This document shows, in pieces, positions 8,803 to 16,379 of a DNA stretch of 24,930 nt (positions are counted from its first letter, which is position 1; each line of letters begins with the position of its first letter). Source of the DNA: a virus (Duplodnaviria; Caudoviricetes); the IMG/VR virus record IMGVR_UViG_3300032330_000770, positions 1 to 24,930 of that record; one strand, 5' to 3'. The notes beneath the pieces are model-generated. The model did not search any database, was not told the DNA's origin, and saw nothing but the letters and a program-made list of their open reading frames with translations. Both the position numbers and the translations under genes were made by a program.

Positions 8803-10115
8803 TGAGTGTGAAGATTAAATTACGTAGGGATACCTACCAAAATTGGTATGATGCTAATCCAACTTTAGCACTTGGCGAACCATCGTATGATACTACAAAT
8901 AATAAGATTAAGATTGGTGACGGCACTACTAGCTGGAGAAGTTTAAGTTATTTAACTGACGCTACTGGAGGTGGTGGAGGTAATGGATACACTGGGTCAG
9001 TAGGCTATACTGGGTCAGGTGCTACTGGCTACACTGGATCAGGTGCTACTGGATATACTGGGTCAGGTGCTACTGGCTACACTGGATCAGGTGCTACTGG
9101 TTATACGGGATCAATAGGTTACAGTGGTTCAAGAGGAATTGCTGATGGTTACAGATATAATTTTAACACAGCTACAACACCAGTAAACACTCCAGCTAAT
9201 GGTGATTTAAAGTTTAACAACAGTTCAGCAGCAAGTGTTACAAACATCTATATCTCTAATAGTAATAGCAGCGGAACAAATCTATCTTCTTTCATATCAT
9301 CATGGGGAAATAGTAATAATCCTGTAAAAGGATACTTAGTTGTTTGTGATTACCTTACATATTCATCAGCATATCTAATTTATTCTATAACATCAGTAAC
9401 TTCGAATACCGGATATTATACAATTGGTGTCTCGTATATTAGCGGCACTGTAATGCCAACTAATGCCCAATCATTGATATTACAACATGCTAGAGCTGGT
9501 GATGTCGGATACACTGGCTCATCTAGTGGTGGCGGTAATGGATATACTGGTTCAATAGGCGGTAATGGATATACTGGTTCAATAGGCGGTAATGGATATA
9601 CTGGTTCAATAGGCGATACTGGTTATACTGGTTCAATAGGTGATACTGGTTATACTGGTTCAGGTGCTACTGGATTTACTGGATCAATAGGTGGTACTGG
9701 TTACACTGGTTCATCTAGTAGTGGCGGGTCTGGGCTTACAAGCAGGACAACCGCCAATGTAACTACGGCAAGTTTAGCAGATCAAGCTAGCGGAACATAT
9801 TCTATAACTGGATTCATAGGATATGGACTATATAAGATACAGACATCGGCAGCAGCATGGGTTGTTGTATACGATAGTACCGCAGCAAGAACAGCAGATG
9901 CGAGCCGTGATCAAAATACAGATCCAACACCTGGTAGTGGAGTTATAGCAGAAGCTATTACAACAGGATCACAGACTATCAAATTAAGTCCAGGAACTAT
10001 AGGATTTAGTGACGAATCGCCAGCAACAGATGCTATACCGATAAAGGTAACAAATCTAAGCGGAGGTAGTATAACAATTACAGTCACATTAACTCTAGTA
10101 TGCTTGGAGGTATAA
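8802..10115 (+). CDS. Fibre protein with Mtd-N/hyaluronidase-N-like N-terminal domain and GYTGS collagen-like repeats
   Basis: N-terminus KIKLRRDT..NW...NP.LA.GE..YDTTNNKIKIGDG.T.W..L.Y. Two GYTGS tracts flank a beta-rich domain. TAATG coupling with the upstream gene. Confidence 0.8.
   Translation: MSVKIKLRRDTYQNWYDANPTLALGEPSYDTTNNKIKIGDGTTSWRSLSYLTDATGGGGGNGYTGSVGYTGSGATGYTGSGATGYTGSGATGYTGSGATGYTGSIGYSGSRGIADGYRYNFNTATTPVNTPANGDLKFNNSSAASVTNIYISNSNSSGTNLSSFISSWGNSNNPVKGYLVVCDYLTYSSAYLIYSITSVTSNTGYYTIGVSYISGTVMPTNAQSLILQHARAGDVGYTGSSSGGGNGYTGSIGGNGYTGSIGGNGYTGSIGDTGYTGSIGDTGYTGSGATGFTGSIGGTGYTGSSSSGGSGLTSRTTANVTTASLADQASGTYSITGFIGYGLYKIQTSAAAWVVVYDSTAARTADASRDQNTDPTPGSGVIAEAITTGSQTIKLSPGTIGFSDESPATDAIPIKVTNLSGGSITITVTLTLVCLEV
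9003..9098 (+). repeat. Four 24-bp coding tandem repeats (GYTGSGAT) with a 48-bp ABAB higher-order period
   Basis: Units start at 9003, 9027, 9051 and 9075. Units 2 and 4 are identical; units 1 and 3 differ at one base. Confidence 0.9.
9531..9665 (+). repeat. Five 27-bp coding tandem repeats (GGNGYTGSI / GDTGYTGSI)
   Basis: ggcggtaatggatatactggttcaata is exact at 9531, 9558 and 9585, followed by two GDT-type variants at 9612 and 9639. Confidence 0.9.
10090..10115 (+). repeat. 26-bp junction repeat A, copy 1 (gene end, SD GGAGG and stop codon)
   Basis: taactctagtatgcttggaggtataa is identical at 12936-12961. Confidence 0.95.
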
Positions 10116-12794
10116 ATGTTACCTATCGCAGATATCGAACAGAAAGAATACATAATAACTCTAAAAAGTTTCGACGATTTAGATTCGTTTTATAACGAAA
10201 TGGAATCCGAAGGGTCTTCTTCTAGTTCGATACCTGAAAGAGCATTAATATGTGCAGAACGTCGGCCAATGAGTCGTAATACACAATATATGTTAACTAG
10301 AAAAGAATATCTAAAAATATCTAAAGATTCTAGAATCGAAACAATAGTATTACATCCTCGCTATCTAGGATTAAAAGCTGATACATTTTCTACAAAAGAA
10401 CAAACATCAACACATTTTAATAAATCAAGTTCCATAGATAGTAATATGATCAATTGGGCATTATTAAGATGTGTCGAAGGTACTCCAAGATCAAATTGGG
10501 GAGATGATGGAACTACTAATCAAAGTGGAACTGTTAAATTAGCACAAACAGGAAAGAATGTTGATGTTATTATAATTGATGCTGGTAATCCTGACCCTAA
10601 CTATCCTGAATATGCAAAAAATGCAGATGGAACTGGCGGTACTAGAATGATACCATTTAATTGGTATCAATATAATACAATAGTTAAAGGTTCTTCCCCA
10701 AGTACATATTCTTATTCTAGTAATGCACATTCAGTACACGTATCTGGAACTGTAGCAGGAAATACCCAAGGCTGGGCTAGAGATGCTAATATATACAATC
10801 TTTATCTTGCAGCTGGTGGAGATAATGAACTAACTACCGAAGGAGCATTTTCCTATGTTATGGATTATGCAAGAGCATTCCACAATAACAAGCCAATCAA
10901 TACAGCTACAGGAAGAAAAAATCCAACGATTACTAATAATAGCTGGGGTTGGTCATTATTTCCAACCGATTGGACATTTAGTAATATTACTGCTGTAACA
11001 TATCGAGGTGTAAGACACACTCCGCCTGCAGGAACACCAATTTATGACGGTCTATATGGTGTTTATAGCGCAGATGAAAAACTTGCAGATCTTGTAGGAA
11101 AAGAAAACACCGGAAATATGATCGTTACTACTGGAGATATTGTACCTGATGCAGGTACCTTTGTATCATATCCGCAGGAATGGGTATATGAAGGATCTCC
11201 ATCTCCACCATATAAGAGTATGATTTATTATATAGGGTTTGGTGTTCCAGTAACTACGTCTGTTATAACTGTACAAGGGCCGGCCAATATTCATATTGAT
11301 AGTCAAATTTCGGCATCAGTTTCAACTGGATCAGTAACAGTTACAGGTCAAGTTATTATAACTGACAGTAATAGTAATGTAGTAAACACATGGAGCGAAA
11401 CTCAAACTGGAGTAGGTGGTAATAACGCAGACATAATATATGGAACTGAACACGAGTTAATTGACGGTGAAATATACACAATAACATTTAATCAAACAGT
11501 ATCTCAGGCACCTGGAAGTACTGGATATTTAGCTGCTTATGCTTATGCTGTACAAAGTGTAGATAGATCAGTAATAGACGTAACAGTAACTGAAATAACA
11601 AACGAATTACTTGGAGAAGCTTCGCTCACAGAATCACTATATCCAAGCACAGGATCAAACGACGACGGATGGTGGGAATTATCTTTACCATTTACTGTAA
11701 GATATTTAGGAATTGATTACGACACAGTTTATGTTGGAACTAATAATTATTTGACGTTTGGTGATGGTTCTAGTCAATATCAATTATTAGGACCCAACAA
11801 TCCTCATTCACCAAAAATCATGATGGCTGCTGGCGATACTAGTATACAACGAATATATTACGGAACAGAATATGAATCTCCAAATAGAACATTTAGGATA
11901 AGAATCGAAGGTTCTCCAACTGCTTCTGGAATTTTAGATAGCCCAGGAATAGTATACGAATATACATTTATTGAATCTACAAATAATCAAATAAATCTAC
12001 AAATAGGTGTAAACGGTAAACAACATTCAAATGCAACTTTTACCTCACAGCAATTAAACGATTGGGGGATTATTGCAGGACAACGTATACCTCAAAGAAT
12101 TGCATCATTAGATCATGATATAAAAGATGCAATAGCCGATGGTGTAATATTTGTTGGAGCAGCAGGTAATGGTAGATGGTATCATGATGTTCCCGGCGGA
12201 CTTGATTGGGATAACTCAATCGAAATGGCAGCAAGATACCCTGATAGTGTAAATCATCCTTATTATATACACAGAGGAACAAGCCCAACAGCAAATGATG
12301 TTGATATGCCTAATATATGTGTCGGAGCAATTGACTTTACAGCCGAAGAAAGAAAAGTCAATTTTAGTGACTGTGGCCCAGGAGTTGATATATATGCTCC
12401 TGGACATTACATAATAAGCTCATTACATAGTGGGTTTGGTGTAACATTAGTAAATGATCCTAGAAATTCTAATTATAAGTTTGGAAAAATATCAGGTACT
12501 AGTATGGCAAGTCCACAAGTATGTGGTGTATTAGCCTGTGCTTTGGAAATTTTTCCGGATATGAAACAAGCTGAAGCTAAAGAATATATTACTAAAATAG
12601 CTAAGATAGATCAGCTAACTCCAACAGGAACTGGATATGCAGATCCTAATGATATTAATGGATCGCCTAATCTTTTCCTATATTATAAAAGAGAAAGAGA
12701 ACTAACGGGTAATTCATTTCCAAAGACAACGTTTAAAGCAAGACCTACTAGTGGACCAACTTATCCACGACACAGAATTAAACGTAGGAAATAA
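10116..12794 (+). CDS. Subtilisin-family (S8) serine protease, paralogue 1, with a ~340-aa internal insertion
   Basis: Asp155 (VDVIIIDAG), His205 (HSVHVSGTVAG), NNSWG, oxyanion Asn685 (FVGAAGN), VDIYAPG and Ser796 (SGTSMASPQVCG). I9-like propeptide start (EYIITLK). No signal peptide. Confidence 0.92.
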   Translation: MLPIADIEQKEYIITLKSFDDLDSFYNEMESEGSSSSSIPERALICAERRPMSRNTQYMLTRKEYLKISKDSRIETIVLHPRYLGLKADTFSTKEQTSTHFNKSSSIDSNMINWALLRCVEGTPRSNWGDDGTTNQSGTVKLAQTGKNVDVIIIDAGNPDPNYPEYAKNADGTGGTRMIPFNWYQYNTIVKGSSPSTYSYSSNAHSVHVSGTVAGNTQGWARDANIYNLYLAAGGDNELTTEGAFSYVMDYARAFHNNKPINTATGRKNPTITNNSWGWSLFPTDWTFSNITAVTYRGVRHTPPAGTPIYDGLYGVYSADEKLADLVGKENTGNMIVTTGDIVPDAGTFVSYPQEWVYEGSPSPPYKSMIYYIGFGVPVTTSVITVQGPANIHIDSQISASVSTGSVTVTGQVIITDSNSNVVNTWSETQTGVGGNNADIIYGTEHELIDGEIYTITFNQTVSQAPGSTGYLAAYAYAVQSVDRSVIDVTVTEITNELLGEASLTESLYPSTGSNDDGWWELSLPFTVRYLGIDYDTVYVGTNNYLTFGDGSSQYQLLGPNNPHSPKIMMAAGDTSIQRIYYGTEYESPNRTFRIRIEGSPTASGILDSPGIVYEYTFIESTNNQINLQIGVNGKQHSNATFTSQQLNDWGIIAGQRIPQRIASLDHDIKDAIADGVIFVGAAGNGRWYHDVPGGLDWDNSIEMAARYPDSVNHPYYIHRGTSPTANDVDMPNICVGAIDFTAEERKVNFSDCGPGVDIYAPGHYIISSLHSGFGVTLVNDPRNSNYKFGKISGTSMASPQVCGVLACALEIFPDMKQAEAKEYITKIAKIDQLTPTGTGYADPNDINGSPNLFLYYKRERELTGNSFPKTTFKARPTSGPTYPRHRIKRRK

Positions 12795-12800
12795 AAATGA
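12774..12800 (+). repeat. 27-bp junction repeat B, copy 1 (protease end, stop codon and next ATG)
   Basis: agaattaaacgtaggaaataaaaatga is identical at 15684-15710. Confidence 0.95.
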
Positions 12801-12961
12801 TCCCAATTAACAATAGTATAACATACTTAACTCGTGACTCCAAAATAGAAGATCAAAAAGAATATATAGTTATCTTAAAAAACTATAATGATCTAGATTC
12901 TTTCTATAGTGATATGGAATCAGAAAATACAGCAATAACTCTAGTATGCTTGGAGGTATAA
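12797..12961 (+). pseudogene. 54-aa chimeric mini-ORF: protease propeptide start fused to a copy of the collagen-like gene's C-terminus
   Basis: MIPINNSITYLTRDSKIEDQKEYIVILKNYNDLDSFYSDMESENTAITLVCLEV*. EYIVILKNYNDLDSFYSDMESE matches both protease N-termini, and TLVCLEV* equals the end of 8802-10115. Not in the supplied ORF track. Confidence 0.8.
12936..12961 (+). repeat. 26-bp junction repeat A, copy 2
   Basis: Identical to 10090-10115; supplies the SD for ATG 12963. Confidence 0.95.
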
Positions 12962-12962
12962 T

Positions 12963-15704
12963 ATGGATGATAACAATCTATGGCCACATAGTAAAATTAT
13001 TGCAATAGATGATGAAATAAATTATAGAAATGAGTATATAATCACTCTAAAAAACTTTAATGATCTAGATTCTTTCTATAATGAAATGGAGTCTGAAAGT
13101 CTACTATTAAATAGAAAAATAACATGTACTGCAAAAAGACCATTAAGTAGAAGTACTCAATATCTTTTATCATCAAATGAAGCTAACTTTTTAAAATCTG
13201 ATCCTAGGATAGAATCAATAGAATTGCATCCTAGACACACTGGAATAAAAGCAGATCTATTTTCTACAAAAAAACAATCTTCTACGAATTGGAATAAATC
13301 TGTTACAACATATTCGGAACATTTAAATTGGGGATTATTAAGATGTTATGAAGGACAAGCAAGATCAGATTGGCCAATCGCTGGAAATACTCCAAGTTAC
13401 AATGCTACTGGTACTATTGACCTAGCACAAACAGGAAAAAATGTCGATGTTGTTATGGTTGATGGAGGTGACCCTGTTCCATATCATCCTGAATATGCAG
13501 CAAATGCAGACGGTACTGGTGACCCTAGGATGAAACAGATTGATTGGTATACACTATATAATCCAATCGTTAAGGGTGTACCTGCCGAATCAGCATATAC
13601 ATTCGATGAGGATGTCCATGCTTCACACACTTCAGGAACAGTTGCAGGTAACACCCAAGGTTGGGCTAGAGATGCTAATATATATAATATAAAATATTAT
13701 GCTGGCGGTGAATTAGCTACATCATATAATGAAGCATATTCTTATTGTATAGATTATGTAAGAGCGTTCCATGCAAATAAACCAATTAATCCTGATACAG
13801 GAAGAAAAAATCCAACTATATGTAATAACAGTTGGGGTATGTCATTATTTCCGGGAGAGTATACTTATAACGACATTACTGCCGTAACTTATAGAGGAGT
13901 ACGCCACGAATTATCAGGACCAGAAACCTATCGAGGAATGTATGGAGTTTATGCTGAATTGGATCGAAAATATTCATCATTAATAGGATATGAAAATGTT
14001 GGAAATAGAATAACTACATCCGGAAATAACCGCGGTTATGTCATATCAGCAAATGCTTCAGATTCGTTATCATGGACAAGTGGCCCAAGTACTCGTACAA
14101 AAAGTAGAATAATCGGTAATTCCACATATGATGTGCATTATTTTCTAGAATATCAACCGAACTATGGCTCACCAAAAATAAATCACATCACTCAAGAAGT
14201 AATAGTAAAAGGACCAGGATATATATATCCTAGAATACTTTCACAGTCTGCTACACCAACACTTATTACTATAAGATTTTATATAACAGATGATGATGAT
14301 AATATTGGATTTGACAGATATGCTAGAAGCTTTAGCATACCAGGATATACCAGTACAGCAACACTAGATCTTGGCTCGCCAGTGTGGCTTCCAGACAATA
14401 TAAATTATCACATAAAACTAGATCATGATTGTCCGTCTGAATATATAAATTATCGCGCTGAATTAGATTTTCTTGGAGAATATGTATTTTCGGCACCAGT
14501 TACTGAAATACCAAATATTTTATTAGGGCCAGGTTCTCTTACAGAATCTACTATGCCCGATCATGCAACTGCTTGGAAATCTGACGACACACCAAATGAT
14601 GACGGATATTGGACTTTAGATTTACCATTTAATATAGAATATTTCAAAGATGTTTTTAATAAAGTATATGTATCCACTAACGGATTTTTATTGTTCGGCG
14701 GTGGAACAAGCTTCTACGACGAAAGCGATACTGATGCTAGGCATGTGTTTCTTCCAAAAATTGCATTTGCATCCGGAGATAATAGTACGCAAAGAATATA
14801 TTACGGAACTGAAGGTACTTCGCCAAATAGAACATTTAGGATAAGAATAGAAGCCACTCCTGGATACAGCGGAACATTAGGTGATCCTAAAATGTTATCT
14901 GAATATGTATTTTACGAAGCTATTCCGAATCAAATAGATTTACAATTAGGGATAAACAAGAGGAAATTTAAAAGTGGGAATTTTACTACAGAGCAATTGA
15001 ATAGTTGGGGGATATTTGAAGGAGAAAGAATACCTCAAAGACTTGCAAGTCTCGATGCCGATATAAGAGATGCAATAGCAGATGGTATTATATTTGTAGG
15101 TGCAGCTGGTAATGGTAATTGGTATCACGATGTACCAGGAGGTCCTGACTGGGATAACACATTTGAAATGGAGTCAAAGAGTGGTCTTACTTATTATTAT
15201 CATAGAGGAAGTAGCCCAACTGCGGTAGATGTTGATATGCCTAACATATGTGTAGGAGCTATTAATGTAACAACTGCTACTGATTTAAAAGCATACTATA
15301 GTGACTATGGGCCTGGAGTTGATATATGGGCTCCAGGTTCTTATATTATAAGTAGTGTACAAAATTATCAGTATGGTGTAGATGATCTTCGATCAACTAA
15401 CCCGTTTGTTGACTATCAATTCGTAAAACTTTCAGGAACTAGTATGGCAAGTCCACAAGTATGTGGTGTATTAGCATGTGCGTTAGAAATCTATCCAGAT
15501 ATGAAACAAGCTGAAGCTAAGGAATATATTACTAAAACAGGTAAATTAGGTCAAGCTACTGGAATTAGTTCTGGACCTAATCTTTTCCTATATTATAAAA
15601 GAGAAAGAGAATCTATTGGTTATACATTTCCAAAGGTAACATTTAAAGCAAGACCTACTAGTGGAGCAACTTATCCTAGAACTAGAATTAAACGTAGGAA
15701 ATAA
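12963..15704 (+). CDS. Subtilisin-family (S8) serine protease, paralogue 2, with a ~358-aa internal insertion
   Basis: Asp167 (VDVVMVDGG), His219 (HASHTSGTVAG), Asn717 (FVGAAGN) and Ser827 (SGTSMASPQVCG). Colinear with 10116-12794. Confidence 0.92.
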   Translation: MDDNNLWPHSKIIAIDDEINYRNEYIITLKNFNDLDSFYNEMESESLLLNRKITCTAKRPLSRSTQYLLSSNEANFLKSDPRIESIELHPRHTGIKADLFSTKKQSSTNWNKSVTTYSEHLNWGLLRCYEGQARSDWPIAGNTPSYNATGTIDLAQTGKNVDVVMVDGGDPVPYHPEYAANADGTGDPRMKQIDWYTLYNPIVKGVPAESAYTFDEDVHASHTSGTVAGNTQGWARDANIYNIKYYAGGELATSYNEAYSYCIDYVRAFHANKPINPDTGRKNPTICNNSWGMSLFPGEYTYNDITAVTYRGVRHELSGPETYRGMYGVYAELDRKYSSLIGYENVGNRITTSGNNRGYVISANASDSLSWTSGPSTRTKSRIIGNSTYDVHYFLEYQPNYGSPKINHITQEVIVKGPGYIYPRILSQSATPTLITIRFYITDDDDNIGFDRYARSFSIPGYTSTATLDLGSPVWLPDNINYHIKLDHDCPSEYINYRAELDFLGEYVFSAPVTEIPNILLGPGSLTESTMPDHATAWKSDDTPNDDGYWTLDLPFNIEYFKDVFNKVYVSTNGFLLFGGGTSFYDESDTDARHVFLPKIAFASGDNSTQRIYYGTEGTSPNRTFRIRIEATPGYSGTLGDPKMLSEYVFYEAIPNQIDLQLGINKRKFKSGNFTTEQLNSWGIFEGERIPQRLASLDADIRDAIADGIIFVGAAGNGNWYHDVPGGPDWDNTFEMESKSGLTYYYHRGSSPTAVDVDMPNICVGAINVTTATDLKAYYSDYGPGVDIWAPGSYIISSVQNYQYGVDDLRSTNPFVDYQFVKLSGTSMASPQVCGVLACALEIYPDMKQAEAKEYITKTGKLGQATGISSGPNLFLYYKRERESIGYTFPKVTFKARPTSGATYPRTRIKRRK

Positions 15705-15710
15705 AAATGA
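15684..15710 (+). repeat. 27-bp junction repeat B, copy 2
   Basis: Identical to 12774-12800; contains the start of 15707-16318. Confidence 0.95.
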
Positions 15711-16318
15711 CTGTAAAAATCCAAATACGCAGAGACACTTATCAGAACTGGTATAATAATAATCCAGTTCTGTTAAACGGTGAACTAGCATACGATACTA
15801 CTAACAATAAAGTTAAAGTTGGTAACGGTATGACTCACTGGATAAATCTAACCTATCTAACATCAGATGCTAACGTGCGAGACGGATATACAGGATCATC
15901 TGGCTATTGGGGATCTAAAGGAGATGTTGGTCCACGCGGTGATAGTGGATTTGTTGGATCAAAAGGTAATACTGGATTTGTCGGGTCGGTTGGTTATTTT
16001 GGATCAGTTGGCTATTGGGGATCTAAAGGTTATACTGGTTCAGCAAGTACTGTAATTGGCTATTGGGGATCAGTTGGATATAGTGGATCCGGTTATACAG
16101 GATCTAAAGGTTATACTGGATCAGCTAGTACTGTAATTGGATATACTGGATCATTAGGATATTCTAATGTACCATCTAGCAGTAAAGGTGTTAGCGGTGA
16201 TATAGCTGGAATGGTTGCGGCTGATACAAATTACTTGTATGTATGTACGGCAAATTGGACTAATGGGTCAATAGATATCTGGTATCGATTAACTATACCA
16301 AGTATAACTAGTTGGTGA
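15707..16318 (+). CDS. Short Mtd-N fibre protein with G(Y/F)(T/V/W)GS collagen-like repeats
   Basis: N-terminus KIQIRRDTYQNWY..NP.L..GE.AYDTTNNKVKVG.G is paralogous to 8802-10115. Gly-X-Y tract. C-terminal PSSSKG.SGD..G.VA.D.NYLYVCTA...W.R fibre-type motif. Confidence 0.8.
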   Translation: MTVKIQIRRDTYQNWYNNNPVLLNGELAYDTTNNKVKVGNGMTHWINLTYLTSDANVRDGYTGSSGYWGSKGDVGPRGDSGFVGSKGNTGFVGSVGYFGSVGYWGSKGYTGSASTVIGYWGSVGYSGSGYTGSKGYTGSASTVIGYTGSLGYSNVPSSSKGVSGDIAGMVAADTNYLYVCTANWTNGSIDIWYRLTIPSITSW

Positions 16319-16334
16319 TAATTACGACACTTAA

Positions 16335-16369
16335 CCTATACAGATGAAACGATAAATATCGTATAGGGG
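16335..16369 (+). promoter_or_regulatory. ATAAATA late-promoter-like motif inside an inverted repeat that overlaps the likely RBS
   Basis: ATAAATA at 16352-16358. Arms cctatac (16335-16341) / gtatagg (16361-16367), and acgata (16349-16354) / tatcgt (16357-16362). AGGGG at 16365-16369 precedes ATG 16380. Confidence 0.5.
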
Positions 16370-16379
16370 TATTAGAATA

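Noticed and set aside
9003-9665. 24-bp and 27-bp repeat arrays as a CRISPR array
   Set aside because: The units are contiguous with no unique spacers, are multiples of 3 and vary mainly at synonymous sites; they are coding repeats.
11019-12038. Protease insertion as an intein or intron
   Set aside because: There are no Cys/Ser-start and His-Asn-end splicing motifs and no LAGLIDADG or HNH motifs. The insert is in frame and resembles a beta-rich binding domain.
8802-16318. Diversity-generating retroelement, suggested by Mtd-N domains and duplicated 3' gene ends
   Set aside because: There is no reverse transcriptase in the window, and differences between the duplicated segments are mostly synonymous and not adenine-specific. 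Only the N-terminal Mtd-like domain is present.
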